A stretch of 64,000 nucleotides of DNA from Terriglobales bacterium (GCA_035272945.1 DATEPX010000399.1:797-64796); one strand, 5' to 3'; positions 25,737 to 36,353 are shown, counted from the stretch's first letter. The notes: a model not told the origin generated them from the letters alone. Program-made: numbers and translations.

Positions 25737-28700
25737 ATGAACCGTCGCTCGGACCGGCTCTGCTTGTTCCCTCTTGCTGTCACATTCTTTGCTAGTCTTT
25801 GCTGGGTTTTTCTTTTCTCGCTCGCGACGAGCAGACCCGCTCTTGCTCAATTCAGCAGCTCCATTGATGGGACGGTCACGGACGCAAGTGGCGCAGTCAT
25901 GGCGGATGTAAACATCCGGGTCACGAACGAGGCTACTGGTCTTGCATTTGTTACCAGGACGTCGGCAACAGGATACTACAGGGTTCCCACGCTACCGGCC
26001 GGGAAGTACAGGGTGGAAGCCTCTAAGGAGGGATTCGATACTGCTGTGCAGTCGGGAGTCGTCGTCGATGTTGCCAGAGTTCAGGCAGTTCCTCTCCAAC
26101 TGAGAGTCGGTCAGGTGAGCACAAAGGTCGAGGTGACTGAGGTGCCGCCGGTCGTTGAAACTTCCGAGGCGCACATCTCAGAGCTCACTACAGCTCAGGA
26201 AGTCCTCGCCCTGCCACTGGCGGGTCGCAATGTACTCAACGTGATCGCGCAAACGCCCGGAGTTACCGGCAGTGGTCTGGTCTCAGACCGAGCGGGAGCC
26301 AATGATATTTTCAACGCAGCAAATGCCCCGTCGGTCACGGCGAATGGCCAGCGCGGATCGTCGAACGGCTTCTATGTGGATGATACCTCGGTGAATGACA
26401 ACCCGGATGGAGGAAGCGCCAAACTCTCACCCAACCCGGAATCGATCCAGGAAGTTCGCGTATCCGTGAACAACTACTCCGCGCAGTATGGCCGGAACAG
26501 CTCCATTCTGACGCAGATCACCACGAAATCTGGGACCAATGAACTCCACGGCAGCCTGTTCGAGTACCACACCGACAATAAGCTAACCGCGCGCAACGTC
26601 TTCCAGAATACCCCGAATCCCATCAGCGGCCGGATAGTCCCGGTGTCTCGGCGCAACGAGTTCGGCGGATCTCTGGGTTTCCCGATCCGCAAGGACCACA
26701 CCTTCGTTTTTGGCAGTTACGACCAGTTGAAGTCGGCTCAGGCTTTTACCAGTAGATACACGGTAGAGACTCCGGACTTTGCCGACTTCATGAAAGCAAA
26801 CTTTCCCAACAACATTGCGACCCACCTGCTGACCAGCTATCCGGGAACTGTGGCGGCGAGTGGCTCCCCGATTACCGTGGCAGCGGAGATGACGGCGCTT
26901 GGTTTGGGGACGTGCAGCGGGACAAATTCGATTGGCATGCCATGCAGCATGCCGCTGTTTCAGCCGGGTGTGCTGTCGATCAGCACCCCACGAAACGGCA
27001 TTCAATGGAACGTGCGGGCAGATCAGATCTTCGGAAACGGATCCAATCGCCTTTATGCCAACGTCTTCCGCATGACGGCCAGCCAGAGCAGTCCGCACCC
27101 GCGCCCGGCGTTCAACACTAGCCCACCTGCCGAGGCTGACTACGCAAGCCTGAATTTTACGCACGTCTTCTCGCCCACCCTGGTAAACGAAGCGGCCATG
27201 GGTTTCATGCTGGATTATGGTGCCTCGCCGGTCGAGCACCCGAGTGTTCCCGCCATCAACGTGACCGGCATGAGCGGGTTCGGCGCAGGGTGGGGGCCGG
27301 CGGGTTTTGTCCAGAACGATTTCCACTGGCGGGACATGGTGTCCTACAACCGGGGCTCCCATTCTTTCAAGTTCGGATTTGATATTTACCGCGACCAGGA
27401 CAATGCTCCTTTCACCGGTCCGCTGTACCGGCCAACCTTCAATTTTCATAACGCGTTCGACTTTGCTACCGATACACCATTCGAAGAAACGGGCATTAAC
27501 TTCAACGCCGAAACCGGCGGGCTGCCGTTCCAAAACTTCGGCTACCGGTCGACGACGTTCGGCTTTTACGTGCAGGACGATTGGAAGGTGCAGCGAACAT
27601 TAACCTTAAATCTGGGCTTGCGCTGGGATTTCTCCGGGAACCCAACCGAGGCCAATGGAGACATGACCAACCTCGAACTGGGCTCAGGCTCCACGCTGGC
27701 ACAACGGATTGCTGGCGCCAAGGTAATTCGTGTGAAGCACATGTTCACAGATTCCCGAAAAGGATATTTTGCGCCCCGTGTTGGATTCGCCTGGGACCCT
27801 ACCGGGCGGGGAAAGATTTCGGTGCGAAGCGGATTGGGTGTGTTCTTTGACCGTTGGCCAAACAAGGTGTGGAGCGACGCAACCCGCAACAACCCTCCAT
27901 TTGTGGCCTCGGCTACGGCTTCTGTTCGAAATCCGAGCGGCCCGCAGCCCCTCTACGCCTTGGGCACAACCGACATCGCGCCGTACGGCTTCGTCTATCC
28001 CCCGATTACCCCTGGGCTGAATCCTGCTGGCGGTCCGACCGGCTATCTTGCGTCAGTGGGTGGAGTCGACCAGGCGATCAGGTACGCCTATGCAGAAAAC
28101 TGGTTCCTCGGGGTTCAGTACAGCCCCCTTCCCGACTGGGTGGTCGAGGGGGACTACGTGGGTTCCGCAGGCAAGCATCTGTATACGGTTATCGACCGCA
28201 ACCGTTTCACCGGAGATCTGATACAGAATCAGGATACCTTGCATCGCTTGAATCCCTATTTTGCGACGCTCAATTACGGCGATAACAGTGCAAGCTCCAC
28301 CTACAACGGCGCGACGGTTTCGGTGCGCAAGATATTCAGCAGGAACTACACTTTCCAGACGTCCTACACTGTGGGCAAGGCCACTGACGATGTGAACGCT
28401 GTGGGCCCGGGGTCGGGAGCTGTGTATGGTCAAGTGATTGATGCTTACAATGTCGGTGCCCAGCGCGGGCTCTCTCCGAACGACGTTCGCCAGAAAGTGG
28501 CGCTCAATTTTGTAGCCCACCTTCCTTCCTTAAGCAATATGATGGCGCCGGTCCGCTTGGTGTTTGGTGGCTGGGAGGCCGGCAGCCTGGCCATTTTCCA
28601 GAGTGGCTTGCCAGCAACGATCTTTACCAGCGCGAGCTTTGTGCCGGTGTGGAACGACCCCAACTGTGCGACTACCCTGGTGCCAAGCTGCCAGGTAATT

Positions 28701-29102
28701 GGAAACACGGGTGGCGACTACAATGGAGACGGCAACACCTACGACTTACCCATGCGGCCTTCTTTCAGTCTGGATAAGGGCTACAGCCGCTCGGACTATT
28801 TGAAGGGTCTTTTCCCTGCATCCGCTTTCCCGGCTCCGCCCTTGGGACAAGAGGGCAACGTCGGGCGAAATACCGTTCACGGACCCGGCATGGCGCAGGT
28901 GGACCTCTCGATTCTGAAGAACTTCAAGACTCCCTGGTTCCGCGAACACGCCAACTTTCAATTTCGCGCGGAAGTGTATAACTTGTTCAACCGAGTCAAC
29001 TTGAACAGCTTCGATGGCGACATTACGAGCGGGACTTTCGGCAAGGCTACGGGAGTGTTTACGCCCCGGTCGATTCAGCTGGGGGCCCGATTGGAATTCT
29101 GA
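25737..29102 (+). CDS. TonB-dependent receptor with a carboxypeptidase-regulatory-like domain
   Basis: The signal peptide ends ...SRPALAQ. The CarboxypepD_reg domain reads IDGTVTDASGAVMADVNIRVTNEATG...GYYRVPTLPAGKYRVEASKEGF. The plug reads LPLAGRNVLNVIAQTPGVTG. The barrel ends ...NLFNRVNLNSF...RSIQLGARLEF. GAGGA lies 8 nt upstream of ATG 25737. Confidence 0.9.
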   Translation: MNRRSDRLCLFPLAVTFFASLCWVFLFSLATSRPALAQFSSSIDGTVTDASGAVMADVNIRVTNEATGLAFVTRTSATGYYRVPTLPAGKYRVEASKEGFDTAVQSGVVVDVARVQAVPLQLRVGQVSTKVEVTEVPPVVETSEAHISELTTAQEVLALPLAGRNVLNVIAQTPGVTGSGLVSDRAGANDIFNAANAPSVTANGQRGSSNGFYVDDTSVNDNPDGGSAKLSPNPESIQEVRVSVNNYSAQYGRNSSILTQITTKSGTNELHGSLFEYHTDNKLTARNVFQNTPNPISGRIVPVSRRNEFGGSLGFPIRKDHTFVFGSYDQLKSAQAFTSRYTVETPDFADFMKANFPNNIATHLLTSYPGTVAASGSPITVAAEMTALGLGTCSGTNSIGMPCSMPLFQPGVLSISTPRNGIQWNVRADQIFGNGSNRLYANVFRMTASQSSPHPRPAFNTSPPAEADYASLNFTHVFSPTLVNEAAMGFMLDYGASPVEHPSVPAINVTGMSGFGAGWGPAGFVQNDFHWRDMVSYNRGSHSFKFGFDIYRDQDNAPFTGPLYRPTFNFHNAFDFATDTPFEETGINFNAETGGLPFQNFGYRSTTFGFYVQDDWKVQRTLTLNLGLRWDFSGNPTEANGDMTNLELGSGSTLAQRIAGAKVIRVKHMFTDSRKGYFAPRVGFAWDPTGRGKISVRSGLGVFFDRWPNKVWSDATRNNPPFVASATASVRNPSGPQPLYALGTTDIAPYGFVYPPITPGLNPAGGPTGYLASVGGVDQAIRYAYAENWFLGVQYSPLPDWVVEGDYVGSAGKHLYTVIDRNRFTGDLIQNQDTLHRLNPYFATLNYGDNSASSTYNGATVSVRKIFSRNYTFQTSYTVGKATDDVNAVGPGSGAVYGQVIDAYNVGAQRGLSPNDVRQKVALNFVAHLPSLSNMMAPVRLVFGGWEAGSLAIFQSGLPATIFTSASFVPVWNDPNCATTLVPSCQVIGNTGGDYNGDGNTYDLPMRPSFSLDKGYSRSDYLKGLFPASAFPAPPLGQEGNVGRNTVHGPGMAQVDLSILKNFKTPWFREHANFQFRAEVYNLFNRVNLNSFDGDITSGTFGKATGVFTPRSIQLGARLEF

Positions 29103-30556
29103 TGCTGCCCCGGGTGCACTTTTTCTCTTTCTCTCTCCTGATGTTGGTGGTCCCGGCGCATCTTCCCGCGCAGGATCCACCAGAATACGCTCGGGCGATG
29201 CAATTAGTTCAAGAGCAGCACTGGGCTGCGGCACTGGATCAGATCCAGTCCCTGAGCAAGCGCTATCCCGGCAATCCCAAGCTGGGGAATCTGGAGGGAC
29301 TGGCCTGGCTCGGCCGCGGAGACGCCAAACTAGCCGCGTTGGCCTTTGAGCGAGTTCTTCAGACGCGTCCGGATTTTTTCCCGGCGCTGAAAAACCTCGC
29401 TGTTCTCGAATGGGAGACGAAGAACCCTAAGGCTGCTGAACGTACCAAGCAAGCGCTAAAGATTGAACCGCGGGACCAGGTGTTGAATGCCTATGCGGCA
29501 GTGCTCGACCTCGAAAGGACCAATTCCTCCGCCGCGAAACAGCATCTCGATCTTGCCGGCACTGCCATCTCGGCCTTGCCTCCTGAAATCGAAATGCGGC
29601 TGGCCTATCTGCTGGGAACAAATGGTCTTTATCCACGGGCCGTTCACGTTTACCAGGACATCGCGGCGCACGGCGCTCGTGGTCCCACATTAAGCTATAA
29701 CCTGGGATTAGCCCAATACTTGGCGGGAGATTATGAAGGTGCGATCCGCACCTTAGAGCAAGCCGCGTCGCACGAACACTCAGCGGATATTTTGAACCTG
29801 CTGGCTCAGGCCTACGAGAACAATCACCAGACTCAGCTTGCCATTGACCGGCTCCGCGAGGCGATTACGCTTTATCCTGGGGATGAGAATAACTACCTGG
29901 ATCTGGCGACGATTTGTATTGACCACAATGCCTTCCCGTTGGGGATTGAAATTGTACAGCTTGGTTTGAAATCGCGACCTGGGAGCGAGAAGCTGCTTTT
30001 TCACCTTGGCGTATTACACGCACTCTCGGGCGAATTTGATCTGGCTCGAGACGATTTTCGCAGAGCCGGCGAACTGGATCCGGGGAAAGATCTTCCCTTG
30101 GCAGCATTGGAACTGGCCGACATCCAGCAGAACAGTCACGACGACATTCTCCAGGAACTGCGCCGTAACCTGAAGCAAAAAGGCGATAGTGCAGTCTTGT
30201 GCTACTTTCTCGGTTCGTCGCTGGTTCATAGAGGGGCCCAGGCCGGCAGCCCAGAGTATGGGGAAGCGCGCGCGGTTTTTCAAAAAGCGATCCACCTCGA
30301 CCCCAAGCTGCCCTACCCCTATATCGAGCTGGGAAAGATGTACGAGCAGGAGGGGAAAATCGTCGATGCAATTCCTCTTTTCGAAAAGGCGGCAATTCTG
30401 GGTCCGCGCGATCCCTCCTCTTTCTATCATCTCGCCAGGGACTACCGAAGACTGAACCAGCCGCAGAAAGCGAGCCAGATGCTTGACAAGCTCAAGCAGA
30501 TCGAGCAGCGCAGCCGAGAGTTTGAGCAGGTCGGACTCACCAAACCGGGAGGATAA
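29102..30556 (+). CDS. Secreted TPR-repeat protein
   Basis: Its ATG overlaps the TBDR stop (TGATG). It begins with a signal-peptide-like N-terminus, followed by many 34-aa TPR units (e.g. AIHLDPKLPYPYIELGKMYEQEGKIVDAIPLFEKAAILGP). Confidence 0.85.
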   Translation: MLPRVHFFSFSLLMLVVPAHLPAQDPPEYARAMQLVQEQHWAAALDQIQSLSKRYPGNPKLGNLEGLAWLGRGDAKLAALAFERVLQTRPDFFPALKNLAVLEWETKNPKAAERTKQALKIEPRDQVLNAYAAVLDLERTNSSAAKQHLDLAGTAISALPPEIEMRLAYLLGTNGLYPRAVHVYQDIAAHGARGPTLSYNLGLAQYLAGDYEGAIRTLEQAASHEHSADILNLLAQAYENNHQTQLAIDRLREAITLYPGDENNYLDLATICIDHNAFPLGIEIVQLGLKSRPGSEKLLFHLGVLHALSGEFDLARDDFRRAGELDPGKDLPLAALELADIQQNSHDDILQELRRNLKQKGDSAVLCYFLGSSLVHRGAQAGSPEYGEARAVFQKAIHLDPKLPYPYIELGKMYEQEGKIVDAIPLFEKAAILGPRDPSSFYHLARDYRRLNQPQKASQMLDKLKQIEQRSREFEQVGLTKPGG

Positions 30557-30614
30557 GCCGGCTGCTTCTGTACGGCCCCGTATACCTCAATCAGCCAAAA
30601 GGACAATCATCTCC

Positions 30615-33041
30615 GTGCTCAATCGCCGTGATTTCTGCAGGGACATCTTGGCCGCGCCCGTGTTGGCGTCCGTCGTAAAGCTCCCAGCTGCTGGAATCGG
30701 AACCGAAACTGCGAAAGCAACGGGCAGCTTCCCACTGAGTGAATACACGCCCTATGGATATCTGGACAATCCGTTCCATAGCTGGAACTTCCATCGCAGC
30801 GGCGTGCTGCGCTCGTCGCCTGGCATAGGGCTCGGTTTCTATTTCCCGGCCGGACCTGGAGGCTATTTCGACTTCGCGAAGAACGGAATCTATGAAGCCC
30901 ATCTCCGCTTGGGGTTTCTGATCAATGGGCGTCGGTTTTGGACCTCGGAAGATTTTCGGCCGGGACAACTAACCGCTCCATATCACAGCAAGAACCTGCT
31001 CAGCTTTGCATTCGCGGAAGAGGGCACCAGAGTTGAGAGTACGTTTCTTCAGGTGGGCGAGAACGCAGTAGCAGCCAAAGTTGCGGTCCGAGGCACGCGG
31101 CTCCAGAACATTCGCGTGATGGCACTGCTCGACTGCAAATTGGGAGGAGCTGCCTGGTGGGGTCGGGACGGACTCGTCGGGGGCTACGACAAGGCTAGCG
31201 ACGCTGTCTGGATTCGTTCTTTCGCCGCCGGGAAAGTATTTACCGTGGTAAGTGATTTCGCAAGCGAAGCGCATTTTGTTGGGCAGGAAGAAACCGATCT
31301 TCAATCTTGGTTGGTCTCGCCTTCCAAGATAGATCAAGGACTCAGCTACCACCCTAAGCCACTGCGGGCTGCTCTATTGTTCACGATTGATACTCGTTCC
31401 GGTCCAGGGACTGAGCATACCATCGTCTTGGCGCGCTCCGACAACTCAGGTTTGGCCCGTGAGCATGCTCGCAACGCACTGGGGAAGAGTGGGGAAGAAC
31501 GGGCAATTAAGGTCGCCGAAGACGCTGCGTTTTGGAGTGCAGCTCCACGTTTGGAAGGTGACTGGCCGACGCACTGGAAGCATGGGTGGGTCTATGACTT
31601 GGAAACACTACGGATGATGGTGCGGCGCCCGATTGGCATTTACAAGCATCGCTGGGATCCCATGCAGATCCAGGCACCCCGGACGGTGCTGGCAGAGACT
31701 TCCATTGATATGTGGGCCCTGAGTTATGCAGATGTAGCTACGGCTAAGGAAGTGGTTTACGGACTCTTCGCAAATGCACCGTCGGATGGTGTTCCCTGCT
31801 CCCGCGAGGATGGAGAAATGAACATGGTGGCCGCCGATGGCGCCGAATGTGGCACTTCGATCTCGTGGTGCTATCCATTCTTCTGCGCCGCCTCCATCTG
31901 GGCGCGCAGCCCTGATAAGGAATGGTTGTCCAGACTTTACCCTCTTTTGGCACGATTCCTGTACTGGACCTTGAAGAATCGTACCGACGCTGACGGTTTT
32001 GTCATCGGGAAATGTAGCTGGGAAACGGGGATGGATGCCTCTACCAGATTCCTCATCCAGCAACCCACGGGAGGTGAGTTGATTGACTTCCTGCGAATAG
32101 TCGAATTGCAGGCGGCCACCTCGCAGGCGGCAGGAATCATGCTGCAGTTTGCGGAGGTGCTGGAAGACACAAACTCCACAGAACATTGGCGGAAGACTCA
32201 GCAGGTGTTTGCTCAGAAAACGCAGGCCTTGTGGAAGGAAGACTGGTTTTACGACTTCGATACCCGAAATGGACAACTTGTCACTTCCGTTGGCCGCGAT
32301 GTGGGCCAGGTCGCCCCCATTTTCTGCGGCATTGCAAGTGATGAGCAGAAAGAAAAGATGCGGCCTGTGCTTCGCAAGTTCTTTGCCGATTCCCAGGCAG
32401 GGCATCGATCATCAGCCGGGTCTGAAGACTGGCGCGACGAGCTGCATTGGTCGTCCCTGGTGCTGCCCTACGTTGAGTCCCTCTGGTCGGCAGCGGAACT
32501 GGAGCTTGCTTCTGAAGTAATCCAGAACATTTCGGAGCGGGTCTACAGCAGCATGGATCGCCGTTCTCTGGAAAATCTCCCTTCCGGGAGCGAGCAGCCC
32601 GCCAGTGTTCCAAGACTAGGCTGGCCCGGCACAAGTTGCGAAGTCTGGGGAGGGCAGGGCGCGTACGGCGGCGAAGGCTATGGCTGGGGCGCTGTGCTCC
32701 CGGCGCACATCATTCGCAACCTCGCCGGCTTCCGGGATCCGCAGCGGCCCGATGAGATTCCCTTGTCCCCTAATCTCCCGAACTCCTTCATGGCGAATGG
32801 TCGGACCTATCGGATATTAAACCTCCAATACCGAGGAGCACTCTTGGAATTGGCAATTCATGTTTTGGATTCCCAGCGAGTACGAGTAGAGGGAACATGG
32901 TCGGGATCTATGACTACTGTTGCCGTTAAGGAGGCGGAGGGAACAAACGTTCTTCTTCAAAAGGTAGGTGCGACGTGGCGGTTTGACGGCATAAATCACC
33001 GACAATATTTCATGCGGATCGCAGGTATTTCTGAAGACTGA
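30615..33041 (+). CDS. (alpha/alpha)6-barrel glycoside hydrolase, GH63/trehalase(MGH1)-like, Tat-secreted
   Basis: The Tat-like motif is NRRDFCRDILAAPVLAS. The catalytic region reads SWCYPFFCAASIW...LYWTLKNRTDADGFVIGKCSWETGMDASTRF, which compares with the GH63/GH37 motif sGwDnSpRf. I chose GTG 30615 because the track ORF start overlaps the TPR gene. Confidence 0.7.
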   Translation: MLNRRDFCRDILAAPVLASVVKLPAAGIGTETAKATGSFPLSEYTPYGYLDNPFHSWNFHRSGVLRSSPGIGLGFYFPAGPGGYFDFAKNGIYEAHLRLGFLINGRRFWTSEDFRPGQLTAPYHSKNLLSFAFAEEGTRVESTFLQVGENAVAAKVAVRGTRLQNIRVMALLDCKLGGAAWWGRDGLVGGYDKASDAVWIRSFAAGKVFTVVSDFASEAHFVGQEETDLQSWLVSPSKIDQGLSYHPKPLRAALLFTIDTRSGPGTEHTIVLARSDNSGLAREHARNALGKSGEERAIKVAEDAAFWSAAPRLEGDWPTHWKHGWVYDLETLRMMVRRPIGIYKHRWDPMQIQAPRTVLAETSIDMWALSYADVATAKEVVYGLFANAPSDGVPCSREDGEMNMVAADGAECGTSISWCYPFFCAASIWARSPDKEWLSRLYPLLARFLYWTLKNRTDADGFVIGKCSWETGMDASTRFLIQQPTGGELIDFLRIVELQAATSQAAGIMLQFAEVLEDTNSTEHWRKTQQVFAQKTQALWKEDWFYDFDTRNGQLVTSVGRDVGQVAPIFCGIASDEQKEKMRPVLRKFFADSQAGHRSSAGSEDWRDELHWSSLVLPYVESLWSAAELELASEVIQNISERVYSSMDRRSLENLPSGSEQPASVPRLGWPGTSCEVWGGQGAYGGEGYGWGAVLPAHIIRNLAGFRDPQRPDEIPLSPNLPNSFMANGRTYRILNLQYRGALLELAIHVLDSQRVRVEGTWSGSMTTVAVKEAEGTNVLLQKVGATWRFDGINHRQYFMRIAGISED

Positions 33042-33057
33042 AGGGGGTTGGCGAGAA

Positions 33058-35109
33058 ATGAAATCACGCTTGTCACCGTGCTATCCGGTGATCCTCGCTG
33101 CTCTCTGCGCAGCGTGCTTCTCCCAGCAGACGGAACGCCTCCAATCGGGACCGCGACAGATTCCTCAAGAAGTAAGCAGGCATCAGATCTTTAAGAATCG
33201 CCCTCCTCTGGAGGCGACCGCGATGTATTTGCTGCCACTCACATCGATCCGGCCAAGAGGCTGGCTTGAGCGGCAATTGCAAATTCAGGCAAACGGCCTC
33301 AGTGGCCACCTCGACGAAGTCTGGTCCGATGTCGGTCCGAACAGCGCATGGCTGGGGGGAACCGGAGAGGCATGGGAACGGGGACCGTATTTTTTGGATG
33401 GCCTAGTTCCACTCGCCTATCTGCTGGACGACGCCAAACTGAAAGCCAAGGTGCAGAAGTGGGTCGATTGGACACTGACTCACCAGGGCACAGACGGTTC
33501 GATCGGTCCACTCACGAATCAGGACTGGTGGCCACGGATGATCATGCTCAAAGCCTTGACTCAGTATCAGGAAGCAACGGGCGACCCGCGGGTCGTTCCT
33601 TTGATGCAGCGGTATTTCTCGTTTCAGGCCCGCGAACTCCCGAAACGGCCTTTACAGGATTGGGGCAGATACCGATGGCAGGATGAATTGGTAAGCGTCC
33701 TGTGGCTGTACAACCGCACCGGGGACGTGTCTCTTTTGAACTTGGCTAGGGTCTTGCATGATCAGGGATATGACTGGAAACGGCAATTCGACCATTTTGA
33801 ATACACAAGAAAAACCGACCGCTCGATTCTGAATGGGCAGGGCAGGGGCCTTCCGGATCCTGCCATGCAAACTCACGGTGTCAACAACGCAATGGCGCTG
33901 AAGATGTCTCCCGAGTGGTCCATCGTGTCCGGCTCGGAGGAAGATCGCAAGGCAATCTACCAACAAGTCAAGATGCTGGACACCTATCATGGAATTCCCA
34001 ATGGCATGTTCAGCGCAGACGAACATATTGCAGGAACGGACCCTTCGCAAGGAATTGAGCTGTGCGCTGTAGTGGAGTCCATGTTCTCCTATGAACTCAT
34101 TGCAGCCGAGCTGGGCGATCCTGTTTTCGCAGACCGTCTGGAAAGGGTCGCTTTCAATGCACTGCCCGGCAGCTTCCGCGATGACATGTGGGCCCACCAG
34201 TACGACCAGCAGCCCAACCAGATCGCCTGCACTCGCAGGCCGCGTCGTTGGTCCACCAACGGCGTGGATGCGAATTTGTATGGGCTCACGCCTGAATTCG
34301 GCTGCTGCACAGCGAACATGCATCAGGGCTGGCCCAAGCTGGTTTCAAGCTTATGGATGGGCACCGACGATGGCGGATTGGCTGCCGTCGCCTATGCGCC
34401 CAACCAGGTTGAAGCAATCGTAGGCGAAAGGGTCAGAGTCCAGATCCAAGAGGATACTGAGTATCCCTTTCGCGAAAGCATACAGCTGACAGTAAACCCA
34501 GATCATGCGATAACATTTCCTCTCAAGCTGAGAATTCCGTCGTGGGCCAGGGAGGCAACAGTTGCGGTCAATGGCACTCCGCTCAATGACGTACGCAGTG
34601 CCTCGTATCTCGTGATCAACCGCGAATGGAAACCAGCCGATCACGTGCAGCTGAAGTTTCCCATGCAGCCTCGTATTTCGAGCTGGGAGAACAACTCCAT
34701 CGCCATCGAACGCGGTCCCCTGGTCTTCTCGCTGAAAATAGGCGAGAACTGGACCAAGCTGGACCAAGACGCTCTTGCCCCCGATTGGGAAGTACGCCCC
34801 ACAACTCCTTGGAATTATGGCTTGGTGGTGGATGCGGCGCATCCAGCAGCCTCGATCAAGGTCATCGAGGGACCTATCGGGGAGTATCCGTTTTCGGAGA
34901 GTGCGCCTCCTGTCGAACTGGTCATGAAGGGATGCCTGGTTCCAGAATGGCTGGCGGTGGACGGCTCGGCCGGACCCCTACCGAAGAGCCCTGTAGAGAG
35001 TCATTTGCCCGAAGAGACTCTTACGCTCGTGCCCTACGGAGCGGCCAAGCTCCGCATCACTGCGTTTCCCGAGATTGTGCAACCATCCTCGAGCACCATG
35101 CGGCACTGA
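33058..35109 (+). CDS. DUF1680-type glycoside hydrolase (GH127/GH146-like beta-L-arabinofuranosidase family)
   Basis: Motifs are GGTGEAWERGPYFLDGLVPLAYLL, IELCAVVESMFSYE and EFGCCTANMHQGWPK. The last is the Cys-Cys motif of the GH127-type Zn/Cys site. A signal peptide is present. Confidence 0.8.
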   Translation: MKSRLSPCYPVILAALCAACFSQQTERLQSGPRQIPQEVSRHQIFKNRPPLEATAMYLLPLTSIRPRGWLERQLQIQANGLSGHLDEVWSDVGPNSAWLGGTGEAWERGPYFLDGLVPLAYLLDDAKLKAKVQKWVDWTLTHQGTDGSIGPLTNQDWWPRMIMLKALTQYQEATGDPRVVPLMQRYFSFQARELPKRPLQDWGRYRWQDELVSVLWLYNRTGDVSLLNLARVLHDQGYDWKRQFDHFEYTRKTDRSILNGQGRGLPDPAMQTHGVNNAMALKMSPEWSIVSGSEEDRKAIYQQVKMLDTYHGIPNGMFSADEHIAGTDPSQGIELCAVVESMFSYELIAAELGDPVFADRLERVAFNALPGSFRDDMWAHQYDQQPNQIACTRRPRRWSTNGVDANLYGLTPEFGCCTANMHQGWPKLVSSLWMGTDDGGLAAVAYAPNQVEAIVGERVRVQIQEDTEYPFRESIQLTVNPDHAITFPLKLRIPSWAREATVAVNGTPLNDVRSASYLVINREWKPADHVQLKFPMQPRISSWENNSIAIERGPLVFSLKIGENWTKLDQDALAPDWEVRPTTPWNYGLVVDAAHPAASIKVIEGPIGEYPFSESAPPVELVMKGCLVPEWLAVDGSAGPLPKSPVESHLPEETLTLVPYGAAKLRITAFPEIVQPSSSTMRH

Positions 35110-35191
35110 ACCCGGTTCCAACAAAGCGGTTCGAGCGGCATGCAGACTTAGAAAACCGCGTCTGTTGGAGCGGCAAACCGGAGCTTCTGAG

Positions 35192-36340
35192 ATGAGAAAG
35201 AATCCGTGTTTTATGGTGGTGCTGGCCCTGTCCGTCCCGTTTGCTGCCATGGCCCAAGAAGCGTTTTACAGCGGGCTCGACAATCATTTGAGCAGTCTCT
35301 ACCGGCTTTCCAATGCCAGGACATTTTCCATCAGCCCTGAGAACCCTACCGGTGAAAAAGGCAAGGGCGGCATTGCAACCGAGGGGACGGGCGCAAAGGC
35401 CGCGCGCGAATTGGGCAAAGGCTGGAAAATCAGCCCCTCCGTGGATATTCCCGCTGGAGCGACGTACACGGTAGCCGAGATCAGTGGCTCCGGAGCCATT
35501 CAGCACATTTGGATGACGCCGACCGGCAACTGGCGATTCTCTATTCTGCGGATGTATTGGGATGGCGAAGCAGAGCCGTCCGTGGAGGTACCACTCGGTG
35601 ATTTCTTTGCTATGGGGTGGGGAAAGTACGCCAGGATTTCTTCGCTCGCGGTCTGCGTCAATCCTGGCAGTGCCTTCAACTCTTATTGGCCGATGCCCTT
35701 CCGGCACGAGGCCAGAATTACCATCGAGAACCTCGATGACAAGACGATGACCCTCTATTACCAGGTGGACTACGCGTTAGCCCCGGTGCCTGCTGACGCA
35801 GCTTACTTCCATGCCCAGTTTCGGCGGGTGAACCCTCTCCCTTACAAGCAGGTCTACACGATTGTTGACGGTATAAAGGGCAGGGGCCAGTACGTCGGGA
35901 CCTATATGGCCTGGGGTGTTCACAATAATGGCTGGTGGGGAGAAGGCGAAATCAAGTTTTACATGGATGGAGATCGCGAGTATCCCACCGTCAATGGTAC
36001 GGGCACGGAAGACTACTTTAACGGATCTTACGATTTTGAGAATCCGGAGAAACACCAGTACGAAGAATTCACAAGCCCCTATTCCGGATTAGTGCAGGTT
36101 CTCAAGCCTGACGGACTTTACCAGTCCCAGCAGAGATTTGGCCTTTACCGTTGGCACATCCCCGACCCGATTCGCTTTGCCTCTGATCTGCGCGTGACCA
36201 TCCAGGCCTTGGGATGGAGAAGTGGCGGCAGGTATTTGCCCCTGACCGATGACATCTCTTCTGTCGCATTCTGGTATCAGATAGAGCCTCACGCACCTTT
36301 TCCGAAGCTGCCCGCAAAGGACCAGTTGGAAACGAATTGA
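35192..36340 (+). CDS. DUF2961 / GH172 family glycoside hydrolase
   Basis: The signal peptide is MRKNPCFMVVLALSVPFAAMAQE. DUF2961 hallmarks are SPENPTGEKGKGG, GAIQHIWMT, LRMYWDGE..PSVEVPLGDFF, NSYWPMPF and WWGEGEIKFYMDGD..PTVNGTGTEDYFNGSY. Confidence 0.85.
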   Translation: MRKNPCFMVVLALSVPFAAMAQEAFYSGLDNHLSSLYRLSNARTFSISPENPTGEKGKGGIATEGTGAKAARELGKGWKISPSVDIPAGATYTVAEISGSGAIQHIWMTPTGNWRFSILRMYWDGEAEPSVEVPLGDFFAMGWGKYARISSLAVCVNPGSAFNSYWPMPFRHEARITIENLDDKTMTLYYQVDYALAPVPADAAYFHAQFRRVNPLPYKQVYTIVDGIKGRGQYVGTYMAWGVHNNGWWGEGEIKFYMDGDREYPTVNGTGTEDYFNGSYDFENPEKHQYEEFTSPYSGLVQVLKPDGLYQSQQRFGLYRWHIPDPIRFASDLRVTIQALGWRSGGRYLPLTDDISSVAFWYQIEPHAPFPKLPAKDQLETN

Positions 36341-36353
36341 GCGGAGCGGTTTC

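Noticed and set aside
26583-27533. Long antisense or alternative-frame ORFs inside large genes. Examples are 26583-27533(-), 31608-32405(-), 33652-34323(-), 35057-35707(-), 36885-37601(+), 12467-13129(+), 23948-24724(+), 53709-54305(+), 54777-55517(+) and 63002-63592(-).
   Set aside because: They lie fully inside strongly supported genes on the opposite strand or in another frame. They are Arg/Gly/Pro/Ser-rich, as expected for GC-rich shadow ORFs, and resemble no family.
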